A DNA stretch of 64,000 nucleotides from the NCBI GenBank assembly GCA_946186245.1, contig CAMHMN010000003.1, positions 5,733 to 69,732 on the forward strand, read 5' to 3'. How positions within the stretch are numbered: position 1 is the first letter of the stretch; the number at the start of each line of letters is the position of its first letter. The position numbers and the translations under genes were made by a program. Shown piece by piece: positions 1 through 8,522 of this stretch. Source of the DNA: an uncultured Clostridia bacterium. Lineage in GTDB: Bacteria; Bacillota; Clostridia; Oscillospirales; Acutalibacteraceae. The notes under the pieces are model-generated. The model searched no databases, had not been told where the DNA came from, and saw only the letters and a list, made by a program, of their open reading frames with translations.

Positions 1-338
1 CCGCATTTCGGACAGTATTTCTCGTTGTCGATCATCAGACAGGTCGTCCAGCTGTAGCCGCATGCCCGGCAGATATGCGTCCTCTGCACCGGTCTCGGGC
101 CGTAAATGCACTGCATGATCTGCTGGTAGGGTTCAAAGGCTCCTTCACCCGCTTTGGTACCGCATTTGCGGCAATATCTGTCCTCCTCGCTCAAAGGCGC
201 GTGACAATGGCCGCAGCGTGTCGGATCGGGTGTGACCCAGCCATCATTCTTGGCGCCGCAGCTCGGACATTTCTCGTCCCTGAAATGAAGCTCCGCTCCG
301 CAGCGTCGGCATCTTCCCTTCGGATTGATTTGACTCAT
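1..338 (-). CDS. Cys-rich multi-zinc-ribbon protein, N-terminal 112 aa only (gene runs off the left edge)
   Basis: Not in the ORF track because there is no stop in the window. Hand translation of the minus strand from ATG 338-336 gives MSQINPKGRCRRCGAELHFRDEKCPSCGAKNDGWVTPDPTRCGHCHAPLSEEDRYCRKCGTKAGEGAFEPYQQIMQCIYGPRPVQRTHICRACGYSWTTCLMIDNEKYCPKCG... It has six CxxC pairs, equivalent to three zinc ribbons. GGAGA lies 7 nt upstream. The start overlaps the stop of the radical SAM gene as ATGA. Confidence 0.7.
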   Translation of the reverse strand, partial: MSQINPKGRCRRCGAELHFRDEKCPSCGAKNDGWVTPDPTRCGHCHAPLSEEDRYCRKCGTKAGEGAFEPYQQIMQCIYGPRPVQRTHICRACGYSWTTCLMIDNEKYCPKC

Positions 339-1450
339 TGTGATTTCTCCTTTCGCATGACAGATGTGATACAGAACATTGGCTGATGATGATCAAAATC
401 CCATGTGTGTGTGGAATCTCCGGCGCAGAATTCTCTCTCGGCGCATTCCCGGCACTTTTGGCAGAGCTGCGTGCGGTCGCTGCGGAATGCCTTGAATCCG
501 TCCCGCCACACCGCGGAAAAGCTGTCGCGCGCAATATTGCCCTGAATGAGTTCGGGACGGCGTTCAATGTCGAGGCAGGAATAAATATCCCCGTTGCAGA
601 GAATGCTGCCGACGTAGATTCCCGAGCCACAGATGAAATAATTGTCCCGCAGCTCATGCTCGTACTCGTAGGAAAGATAATGGGAACAGCCGAAGCAGAC
701 GTCCATCGGCGTGTCCGCTGCATATCGCTTTTCCCTGATAAAATCCAGCAGGCCGCGCATCTGTTCATCCGAGAGCAGCAGTTCCGGATGCTGAAGCGCC
801 CTGCCGATCGGCTCGATATTGATGACCCGCCATGATTCAACGCCCGTTTCGCACATCAGTCGGTAAAGCCTATCCATCTCACTGAAATTGCCGCTGTGAA
901 TCACCGAGGTGATCTGCACGCCGATACCCGCCGAATGAAGGCATTCCACAGCGCGCAGCACCTTCCGGAAGCTGCCCTTCACCCTGCGGAGGGCGTCGTG
1001 CGTTTCCTCCAGTCCGTCCAGGCTCAGCGTGACGGAACCAAGGCCCAGAGCCGCCATTTTTTCCGCGCGGTTCCGGTCGATCAGGGTGCCGTTGGTGGTG
1101 ATTCCCCACGGGAAGCCGAGCGAACGGATGCTTCCGGCGATGGCAAAGAAATCCGGGTGAAGCAGCGGTTCGCCGCCGGTCAGACAAATCATCACGCTGC
1201 GCGGCTCGAAATTCCCGGCGACTTCTTCCAGCGTGCGCAGAAGCAGACCGGTGTCCAGGATTCTCCCCTCTCCCCCGCCGCAGCTGCTTCCGCAGTGCAG
1301 ACAGGCAAGATTGCAGCGGTCGGTCAGTTCCACAAAGAGATAGGTCAGACGGGGATGAGCGCGCAGATAATTCCTGTACTCCGCGAGCCTGCGCATATCG
1401 CGGGTTTTGATTTGCATTTTGCTCCGTTCCAATTTCGGTTTCACCTTCAC
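335..1450 (-). CDS. Radical SAM / SPASM-domain enzyme (peptide or protein maturase-like)
   Basis: CNLACLHC (CX3CX2C) sits near the N-terminus, followed by the TGGEPLL SAM-binding motif. The C-terminal Cys cluster (CGSGIYVGSILCNGDIYSC ... CQKCRECAEREFCAG) is typical of SPASM auxiliary clusters. The track start is GTG 1450. ATG 1417 (MQIKTRD) has the better RBS (ACGGAGCAAAATG). Confidence 0.85.
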   Translation of the reverse strand: MKVKPKLERSKMQIKTRDMRRLAEYRNYLRAHPRLTYLFVELTDRCNLACLHCGSSCGGGEGRILDTGLLLRTLEEVAGNFEPRSVMICLTGGEPLLHPDFFAIAGSIRSLGFPWGITTNGTLIDRNRAEKMAALGLGSVTLSLDGLEETHDALRRVKGSFRKVLRAVECLHSAGIGVQITSVIHSGNFSEMDRLYRLMCETGVESWRVINIEPIGRALQHPELLLSDEQMRGLLDFIREKRYAADTPMDVCFGCSHYLSYEYEHELRDNYFICGSGIYVGSILCNGDIYSCLDIERRPELIQGNIARDSFSAVWRDGFKAFRSDRTQLCQKCRECAEREFCAGDSTHTWDFDHHQPMFCITSVMRKEKSQ

Positions 1451-1472
1451 CCTTCAGCCTTCCACTTTCAGC

Positions 1473-2780
1473 CTAAACCAACCTCATCTCCCGCTTGCGT
1501 CTTCTGAGCGTGCGCATGACGTCCGCCGTTTCCAGCCCGGAAGGACAGACCGCGCTGCAGGCGCCGCAGCCTGTGCATTTTTCCGCGCCGAAGGAAGCCG
1601 CCTTGTCAATCTCTCCCTTTTCGTAGCACCGCATCGCCAGATAAACCGGCAGACCCATCGGGCAGACCGTGACGCACTTTCCGCATCGGGTACAGGTGGT
1701 CTTTTCGGGTCGCGGAAGGGAATGCATCACCGTGATGGCACGGGTACCCAGAGGAACGGGCGTGGATAAATCGGTGACGGTCACGCCGTTCATGGTGTCG
1801 CCGAATATCACGTAATTAGGCACTTTGTTCACGCCCACGAATCGCAGCACGTCCTCCAGCGTCGTGCCGTTGACCACAATGGCGTTGCAGGGATGCTTAA
1901 TGCAATCCCCCGAGACGGTGACGATTCCGTTTGTCTGAGGAATGCCCCTGAGAAGGGCATTTGCGGCAGCCCGCAGCGCCTGCACCCCTATCGGCAGAAA
2001 GTTCCCCTTGGGATAATACTGCCGCTTGAATTTGGATATCAGAGGGAAGCCGCCGCTCATCCGCACCGGCTTGACGAAGCCCATGATGTCCGAACCCGGA
2101 CGCATATGCACTTCGTCGCAGTCGAAAATCGCCAGCTTGGCGCTGCCGCCGTCCAGCGCTTTCAGCACAATGGTGATGCCGTCGGTCACTTCCGAGGCGA
2201 ATTCGCTCACCGTTTTGAGGGCGCTGCTCACGTAGGGACTGTCGTCCAGGGCGATGGCAGCCATTTCCCTGATATCCCTCTCACGCGCGCGAAGAATTTT
2301 GGTAATCAGCGGCTTTCCGTCAAATTCGTCGATGATTCCCGCCTGATGAATGGTGCGCAGCACGCCGTCAATCGTCATGGTGCTGAGGCTGTGCTGCACG
2401 GTGGGCAGCGGAGGAACGGTACTGTCCGGGCGTATGACAGCGCAGAACAGGTTGCCCAGAAGCTCGTGCTCCATGGGGACAATATCCTCCACAAAGCCCG
2501 ATACGGGCGACATGATCCACGACGGCCCCATCTTCTCACCGGGATGGGGCATGGTGCGTGCCAGCGGGGAAAACCTCGCGCAGCGGTCGCCCTTCTGCGG
2601 AACCGGATACATGATCTCCCCTCCGGGGTCATAAAGCGGCACATGCACACAGTCCCTGATGGGTACGGAGCAGAGAGGAGCGGAAAATGCAGGCTCCTTG
2701 TGCTGTTCCAGATCGACATGTCTGCCGGTATTGAAAAAATTGATGTTCTTTGTCCCCAATCCATTATTCACCTCTTGCAT
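1473..2780 (-). CDS. RnfC-like protein with C-terminal 2x[4Fe-4S] ferredoxin domain (degenerate nucleotide-binding region)
   Basis: The N-terminus has an RnfC_N-like pattern (FNTGRHVDLEQHK ... SPVSGFVEDI). An SLBB-like segment follows, then CTRCGKCVTVCP and CTGCGACSAVCP. The usual GMGGAGFPT and NGAECEP motifs of RnfC appear to be replaced. It lies 22 nt upstream of the radical SAM gene on the same strand. Confidence 0.65.
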   Translation of the reverse strand: MQEVNNGLGTKNINFFNTGRHVDLEQHKEPAFSAPLCSVPIRDCVHVPLYDPGGEIMYPVPQKGDRCARFSPLARTMPHPGEKMGPSWIMSPVSGFVEDIVPMEHELLGNLFCAVIRPDSTVPPLPTVQHSLSTMTIDGVLRTIHQAGIIDEFDGKPLITKILRARERDIREMAAIALDDSPYVSSALKTVSEFASEVTDGITIVLKALDGGSAKLAIFDCDEVHMRPGSDIMGFVKPVRMSGGFPLISKFKRQYYPKGNFLPIGVQALRAAANALLRGIPQTNGIVTVSGDCIKHPCNAIVVNGTTLEDVLRFVGVNKVPNYVIFGDTMNGVTVTDLSTPVPLGTRAITVMHSLPRPEKTTCTRCGKCVTVCPMGLPVYLAMRCYEKGEIDKAASFGAEKCTGCGACSAVCPSGLETADVMRTLRRRKREMRLV

Positions 2781-2848
2781 ATTTTGCGTTACCGGGCTTT
2801 AATTCAATATATAAATACTATAATACCGCTTCGGAGGTAAGTCAAGAC

Positions 2849-3292
2849 ATGACGATAAAATTGCTGCCCGGAAATCCCTGCAAATCCGCGCTGGTATTCT
2901 GTTCAGAGGATGAATTTTTCCATATGGGGATAACCCCCGATGATCTGACCCTGCAAAACAGAAAAACCCGGCTGCTTCTCGCAAGAATCTTCGACCTGCT
3001 GCGGGAATTTGCCGGACTTCGCCGCGAAGGGTATTTTGTTGCCGTCACCTGCCGTCCGGTGAATAAAGGAGGCGGAAGGTTTTACATCCAATTCACCGAT
3101 AAACCCAGCGGCAGGCTTTTTGAATTCCGTGAAGCCGACGACCTGCTCGACGCAATCAGTCAGCTGCAGGGGAAATTGAATTGGTCGCATGTCAATATCT
3201 GCCATTCGGACGGTGAATACAGACTCTACATACCTGCCGGGCTGCATCTCTCAAAAAGCGCCGCTGCCATACTGAGTGAATATTCGGTGTGA
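2849..3292 (+). CDS. Short MecA-like adaptor protein (tentative)
   Basis: ATG 2849 follows GGAGG (2833-2837). The track ORF from 2750 is an upstream extension without an RBS. The layout resembles short clostridial MecA: an N-terminal beta segment, then ...FEFREADDLLDAI...GEYRLYI...LSEY at the C-terminus. This is a call from memory only. Confidence 0.45.
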   Translation: MTIKLLPGNPCKSALVFCSEDEFFHMGITPDDLTLQNRKTRLLLARIFDLLREFAGLRREGYFVAVTCRPVNKGGGRFYIQFTDKPSGRLFEFREADDLLDAISQLQGKLNWSHVNICHSDGEYRLYIPAGLHLSKSAAAILSEYSV

Positions 3293-3489
3293 AACCCGCG
3301 GGAAGAGGGCGGCGCTGAATCCCATTCCCCCCCCTGTGGGGAGGATCGTATTCCCGCTCCGATCCACGGCGCAGACGCTCCCTTCATCTGAAAAATAATG
3401 CCCAATTTTCGCTATCATTATTTGTGTACAATTTTACATGTTAAATTGTTTAAAAAATTGTTAAAATGATGGAATTCGCGGTGCCGTTA

Positions 3490-3498
3490 TGGTATAAT
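3490..3498 (+). promoter_or_regulatory. Extended -10 promoter element (TGgTATAAT) for the pullulanase gene
   Basis: TGGTATAAT at 3490-3498 lies 45 nt upstream of ATG 3543. The -35 (TGGAAT, 17-nt spacer) is weak. Confidence 0.45.
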
Positions 3499-3542
3499 GT
3501 ACCTATTGCCAGACAGGCACTACGAAAGGCAGGTTTTTCACA

Positions 3543-5498
3543 ATGGCAAATCTCTATGATACAAAAGAATTCAACCAAAAATACTACTACGGCGGCTCGC
3601 TGGGCGCGATTTATTCCCCGGAAAAGACGACATTCCGACTCTGGGCGCCAACCGCTTCCAAGGTAACGCTCCAAATATTCCGCGAAGGTCTGGGCGGCGA
3701 CAAACTCGACACCATCGAAATGACCCCGTCGGAAAACGGCACCTGGCTGCATGTTATGAAGGGCGACCAGAACGGCATTTATTATACCTACTGCGTTACC
3801 GTCGACGGCAAGACCAATGAAGTGGTCGATCCTTACGCCAAGGCAGTCGGCGCCAACGGCCTGCGCGGCATGGTCATCGACCTGAAATCCACCGATCCGG
3901 AGGGCTTCCGAGAGACGCCCCGTCCGGCATTCGGCGATGGCAGACCTACCGACGCGGTGGTCTATGAAACCCACGTCAGGGATTTTTCCAATCACTTCAG
4001 CTCAAAAAGCAACTTCCCCGGCAAATTCCTCGCCTTCACCGAAACCGGCAAGACGCTCAAGGACGGCACGAAGACCGGCGTCGATCACCTGAAGGAGCTG
4101 GGCATCACCCACGTGCAGCTGCTTCCCTCCTACGACTACTACACCGTGGACGAAACCAAGCTCGACAGACCGCAGTTCAACTGGGGCTATGACCCGCTCA
4201 ATTACAACGCTCCCGAAGGCTCCTATTCCACCGACGCTTACGACGGCGCGGTGCGTGTCAACGAGTACAAGCAGATGGTGCAGGCACTCCACAAGAACGG
4301 CATCCGCGTCATCATGGACGTCGTTTACAATCACACCATGTTCGGTGAGGAAAGCTACCTCAACCTGACCGTCCCCCATTATTATCACCGCACCCGCGAG
4401 GACGGCACCTTCTATGACGGCTCCGCATGCTGCAATGAAACCGCCTCCGACCGTCCGATGTGCCGGAAATACATCGTCGATTCGGTGGTGCACTGGGCTT
4501 CCGAATATATGCTCGACGGCTTCCGGTTCGACCTCATGGGCATTCACGACATCGTGACCATGAACGAGATCCGCGAGGAATTGAACAAGATCGACCCCAC
4601 CATCATCGTCTACGGCGAAGGCTGGACAGGCGGCGAATGCGGCATTCCTGACGAGCTGAGAGCCCTCAAGTGCAACGCCAAGCAGTTCCCCGGCGTAGGC
4701 GCGTTCAGCGTCGATATCCGCGACGGCATCAAGGGTCATGTGTTCGAGCTGAAAGAGAAGGGCTTCGTCAGCGGCGCCAAGAATTTTGAGGAAACGGTCA
4801 AATTCGGTCTCGTGGGCTGCATTGACTTCCCCGGAATCGACATGAGCAAGGTCAATTACTCCAAAAAGGGCTGGGCGCTCAATCCTTCACAGGCGGTCAA
4901 TTACGTCGAGGCGCATGACAATCTCACCATCTGGGATAAGCTCGCCACCTCCAACCCGGAGGACGACGAGGCCACCCGCATTCGGATGGATAAGCTGGCT
5001 GCCGGCATCGTATTCACCGCACAGGGTATTTCCTTCATTCAGTTCGGTCAGGACTTCCTGCGCACCAAGTACAACGAGGAACTCGGCGGCTTTGACGAAA
5101 ACAGCTTCCGTTCCCCCGACAAGGTCAACAACATCGACTGGAACCGCAAGTCGGAGTACATAGACGTCTTCAACTACTACAAAGGACTCATCGCCTTCCG
5201 CAGGGCGCATAAATCGCTGCGATTGGCCGACGCCAGTCAGGTCTGCGACAATCTGAAATTCCTCTGCTGTCCTGCGCCCAACATGGTGTCCTTCACCGTC
5301 GCGGCAAGCGAGGAGGGGGACGACCGCGACCTGCTGGTCATCTACAATGCCAACCGCGAAGCCGTGGATTATGAATTGCCCGACGGCGAGTGGGAAATTT
5401 TCGTCAACGGCGAAAAGGCCGGCACCGAGGCGCTCCTTACCGCAAGCGGAAAGATTCAGATGGCAGGCATCTCCATGATCGCCGCCGTCAGAAAGTAA
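3543..5498 (+). CDS. pulA: Type I pullulanase (GH13)
   Basis: N-terminal CBM48-like segment (FRLWAPTASKVTL), FNWGYDPLNYNAPEGSYS, VIMDVVYNHT, GFRFDLMG, YGEGW and YVEAHDN, matching GH13 regions I-IV and the pullulanase YNWGYDP signature. Confidence 0.9.
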   Translation: MANLYDTKEFNQKYYYGGSLGAIYSPEKTTFRLWAPTASKVTLQIFREGLGGDKLDTIEMTPSENGTWLHVMKGDQNGIYYTYCVTVDGKTNEVVDPYAKAVGANGLRGMVIDLKSTDPEGFRETPRPAFGDGRPTDAVVYETHVRDFSNHFSSKSNFPGKFLAFTETGKTLKDGTKTGVDHLKELGITHVQLLPSYDYYTVDETKLDRPQFNWGYDPLNYNAPEGSYSTDAYDGAVRVNEYKQMVQALHKNGIRVIMDVVYNHTMFGEESYLNLTVPHYYHRTREDGTFYDGSACCNETASDRPMCRKYIVDSVVHWASEYMLDGFRFDLMGIHDIVTMNEIREELNKIDPTIIVYGEGWTGGECGIPDELRALKCNAKQFPGVGAFSVDIRDGIKGHVFELKEKGFVSGAKNFEETVKFGLVGCIDFPGIDMSKVNYSKKGWALNPSQAVNYVEAHDNLTIWDKLATSNPEDDEATRIRMDKLAAGIVFTAQGISFIQFGQDFLRTKYNEELGGFDENSFRSPDKVNNIDWNRKSEYIDVFNYYKGLIAFRRAHKSLRLADASQVCDNLKFLCCPAPNMVSFTVAASEEGDDRDLLVIYNANREAVDYELPDGEWEIFVNGEKAGTEALLTASGKIQMAGISMIAAVRK

Positions 5499-5551
5499 CC
5501 GTCGGATTCATTCTGCGGGTTTGCTTTTTTCAGACCATACAGCTTCAGAAT

Positions 5552-5587
5552 ATCGGGGAGAGCCACCTTCTTCCCGATATTTTTTTA
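5552..5587 (+). terminator. Rho-independent terminator after pulA
   Basis: ATCGGGGAG (5552-5560) pairs with CTTCCCGAT (5570-5578) at 8/9, followed by a T6 run. Confidence 0.6.
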
Positions 5588-5703
5588 TAACAAAATAACA
5601 AATATTTCATTGATTATTGCAGCGGTATGTGCTATACTTATTTTGTATATGTGTATATATGGATGAAATAATTGTAAATTTATTGAAAAACAGTAAATTT
5701 TTA

Positions 5704-5732
5704 TTGACAAACGCATTCATCCGCATTATACT
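5704..5732 (+). promoter_or_regulatory. Sigma-A-type promoter
   Basis: TTGACA (5704-5709), 17-nt spacer, TATACT (5727-5732), about 30 nt upstream of the ATG 5763 gene. Confidence 0.55.
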
Positions 5733-5762
5733 TTAAGAAGAACACGGAGGATATGTAAACCT

Positions 5763-6575
5763 ATGAGTGAAATTTTTAATGCGGTCATCGCAAGATTCAT
5801 TGAGAACAACAAGGGCTTCGCCGTCGCTTCCACCGAAACCAAGGGCAACCAGGAAACGGCCATCCTGACCGACGGCGATCGCAACGCCAAAATCGTCTAT
5901 ACCCCCGATACGAAGAGATTTTTCCTCTTCAAAGCCGCCGCGGACAGCGCAAGCGACGATTATCTGGAAATGCAGAGCTATTTCTTCGATCCCACCGGAG
6001 ACAGCGTGTCAGACGCACGCGAGGCCTGCTCGGTGGCAAATGAATTTTCCGAAACCTTCAGCGGCCCGGCTCCCATGAATGTCATTCCTGAAGCCTCCAG
6101 AAGGTTGAGCAAGAAAGAGCGCGACAGCGACGAATCCTCGGCGGTCTACTTTGTCAACCGCATTCCCGGTGTGCTGCCGGAATGCCGTGAACCGCTGCTC
6201 CTGCACAAGGAATACTTCGATATGCTGCTTCCCAACAAATTCTGTGAGGAAGTAGTGGTTTCCGCCGTGGCCCGTCTTCTCAGCGACAAGACCCGCAAGG
6301 CACAGGCGGAGCAGTTCTTCGCTTTTCTCAACAAAATGTATGACTCAGGCGATATGGACGTCAAGAGCATCATCACTATGACCATTCTCAACAGCATTAC
6401 CGGACAGGAACGCATCGAAACCGTCGAAGACCTGCTCTCCGAGGGACTCAGGAAGGCGTGGAAGTCCGCCAGGAAATTCATCGGTAAAGAGGTAAAGCCG
6501 GAGAAGGAAAGCAAATACAAGCTGGCCGCCGATAAATACCGCGCGCAGCTTATGGATAATATGCAGAACAAATGA
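5763..6575 (+). CDS. Hypothetical cytoplasmic protein (270 aa)
   Basis: ACGGAGGA RBS, no TM segments and no motif I recognise. It lies 24 nt upstream of the next gene, so the two are probably co-transcribed. Confidence 0.6.
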   Translation: MSEIFNAVIARFIENNKGFAVASTETKGNQETAILTDGDRNAKIVYTPDTKRFFLFKAAADSASDDYLEMQSYFFDPTGDSVSDAREACSVANEFSETFSGPAPMNVIPEASRRLSKKERDSDESSAVYFVNRIPGVLPECREPLLLHKEYFDMLLPNKFCEEVVVSAVARLLSDKTRKAQAEQFFAFLNKMYDSGDMDVKSIITMTILNSITGQERIETVEDLLSEGLRKAWKSARKFIGKEVKPEKESKYKLAADKYRAQLMDNMQNK

Positions 6576-6599
6576 TTCTGAAATAAAGGAGAGATCGTT

Positions 6600-8447
6600 G
6601 TGAACAACCATAATGTTGGCGGAAAGAATTATCCTATGGGCTACAACCCGCAGCAGCCGGTCGTACAGCAGCCCGTCAGACCCCAGCAGCCGGTCATGCA
6701 GCAGCCTGTCAGACCCCAGCAGCCGGTCATGCAGCAGCCTGTCAGTCCCCAGCAGCCGGTTATGCAGCAGCCCGTCAGACCCCAGCAGCCGGTTATGCAG
6801 CAGCCCGTCAGACCCCAGCAGCAGATGTATGCTGTACCGCAGTATCAGCCGCCTGTGATCCGTCAGACGCCTCCGCACACAATCCAGGCCAGGGAAGCCA
6901 TCGGCTCGATGAATAAGGCGCTCTTCGTCATTCTCTCGGTGCTGTTCGGCTGGATCTTCAGCCGCTCTCTCTTCTCGTTCCAATACGGTGTAGGGATGAC
7001 GGTGATGGGTCTTTCCTTCTATCTCATTTACGTTCCGTTTATCCTCGCCAAGGGCAAGAAAAAGACTTCCCTCTTCAGTTGGCTTCTCTTTTTCCCGCAG
7101 ATCATTATCTTCGCCTCCTTTACCTTCTACTCTGATTACAGGATGATCATTGTCGGTCTGGTGGCTTCGTTCATGATCGCGGCGATACAGACTACGCTTC
7201 TGTCCAATTGCACCACAGGCAAGCCCTTCTCCTTTGAGCTGATATGCGACACATGTGTCACTTATTTCGCTTTGCCCTTTATGAATATCGGCAATACCAT
7301 TGCCGGCATTTTCTCCAACAAGGAAAAGGGGGAAAAGAAAAACCGGACCTGGCTTAAAATAGCCATCGGCGCGGCGATTTCGTTCCCGGTCGTCTTTATT
7401 CTCGTCATGATTTTCGCCTTTGCCGACGAAATGTTTGCCATGTGGGTCAGTAAGATTCTCCGGATTCTGAATCTCAACCCCTTCAGAATTACTGCGGACA
7501 TCATTTTCACCCTCATCGTGATGCTCTATGTCATGCCTCTGGCGGTTTCTCTCCGCAGCGGCTATCACAAGCAGTACAACCACAAGGAATCCCGCCGTTT
7601 CTTTGACCCGGTCATCACTGCCACCGTGCTCTTTGCCGCCAGTGTGGTCTATCTGATCTTTGTGGCTGCGCAGTTCACCTATCTCTTTGCCGGCATCGGC
7701 AGTCTGCCGAAGGATACCACCCTGGCCGAATACAGCAGAAGAGGCTTCTTCGAGCTGGTGTTCGTCATCGTGGTCACTACCCTGATCATGGGCATTGTAT
7801 GCATGCTGACCAAGAATAATCAGCACGGCAAACTTCCCGTCTATGTCAAGATCGCACTTCTCATCATTACCCTGAGCAACGTCGTGATCATCGTTTCGGC
7901 TGCACGCCGCCTGATTATCTACATCAATGCCTATAACCTCACGGTTTCACGCTTCAACGCCGCCGTTCTGATCGCGTTGATGGCAGTGGTGGATATCGTC
8001 GTGGCTCTCCGGATCATATTTGACCGGCTGAAAGTTTCGGCTGTCATAGGCAGCATTGTCGTTCTGACGGCCGCCGCTTACTGCATCTTCAACGTCAACG
8101 GATTCGTTGCCAAATACAACGTCGACCACTACCTGTCTGATCCGGTCAAGTACCAGATCGACGTCGAATACATGGTAAGAGATCTTTCCGTCGCCGCTGT
8201 TCCCCAGCTGGAACGCCTCATGGAAAAAGCGCCCAGCGAGCAGGTCGGACAGCACGCAAAGCTGGCCATCGCTTACATCGCCGACCAGGCAGACCTCTTC
8301 GCGGGGGATGAAAAACACATAGCCCGCTGGACAATCGACCGTCAGATTGCCGTTAATATCATCGACAAGCACGAAATCACATGGGAAATGTCAGAGGAAT
8401 ATTTCGATAAATACATGTCGACCTATTCCAGCTACAGATACCTGTAA
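6600..8447 (+). CDS. Polytopic membrane protein with Pro/Gln-rich repeat N-terminus (DUF4153/DUF4173-like, tentative)
   Basis: GTG start follows AAGGAGAG. The N-terminus carries five QQPVRPQQPVM repeats, followed by about 12 hydrophobic helices and a soluble C-terminal tail. Confidence 0.7.
   Translation: MNNHNVGGKNYPMGYNPQQPVVQQPVRPQQPVMQQPVRPQQPVMQQPVSPQQPVMQQPVRPQQPVMQQPVRPQQQMYAVPQYQPPVIRQTPPHTIQAREAIGSMNKALFVILSVLFGWIFSRSLFSFQYGVGMTVMGLSFYLIYVPFILAKGKKKTSLFSWLLFFPQIIIFASFTFYSDYRMIIVGLVASFMIAAIQTTLLSNCTTGKPFSFELICDTCVTYFALPFMNIGNTIAGIFSNKEKGEKKNRTWLKIAIGAAISFPVVFILVMIFAFADEMFAMWVSKILRILNLNPFRITADIIFTLIVMLYVMPLAVSLRSGYHKQYNHKESRRFFDPVITATVLFAASVVYLIFVAAQFTYLFAGIGSLPKDTTLAEYSRRGFFELVFVIVVTTLIMGIVCMLTKNNQHGKLPVYVKIALLIITLSNVVIIVSAARRLIIYINAYNLTVSRFNAAVLIALMAVVDIVVALRIIFDRLKVSAVIGSIVVLTAAAYCIFNVNGFVAKYNVDHYLSDPVKYQIDVEYMVRDLSVAAVPQLERLMEKAPSEQVGQHAKLAIAYIADQADLFAGDEKHIARWTIDRQIAVNIIDKHEITWEMSEEYFDKYMSTYSSYRYL
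6651..6815 (+). repeat. Five tandem 33-bp repeats (CAGCAGCCGGTCATGCAGCAGCCTGTCAGACCC)
   Basis: Read directly. Units are at 6651, 6684, 6717, 6750 and 6783 with 0-3 mismatches each, in frame (QQPV[MV]QQPV[RS]P). Confidence 0.9.
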
Positions 8448-8457
8448 AACCGTGTGA

Positions 8458-8502
8458 AGTGTGGAGTGAAGCAGTCATCGCCGCTTGACTCCACACTTTT
8501 TA
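8458..8502. terminator. Terminator between convergent genes
   Basis: AGTGTGGAGT (8458-8467) pairs perfectly (10 bp) with ACTCCACACT (8488-8497), followed by TTTTT. Confidence 0.7.
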
Positions 8503-8522
8503 GTTTCACAGTTCACACGGAG

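Noticed and set aside
75-840. Track ORFs 75-386(+), 244-840(-) and 386-835(+) at the left edge
   Set aside because: They overlap the radical SAM gene and the hand-translated zinc-ribbon gene, both of which have motifs, RBSs and translational coupling.
3293-3400. GC-rich hairpin region after the MecA-like gene (GCGGGAA...TTCCCGC, CCCC..GGGG, GAATCCCATT) as a fourth member of the repeat family
   Set aside because: It shares only a short GAATCCCATT similarity with copy C. It lacks the CCAAAGG hairpin, the terminal boxes and the other shared blocks. It could simply be a weak terminator.
6345-7826. 493-aa ORF antisense to the polytopic membrane protein gene
   Set aside because: This is a shadow ORF. 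The plus-strand frame has an RBS, in-frame tandem repeats and regular TM helices. The minus frame is charged low-complexity sequence and overlaps the preceding gene too.
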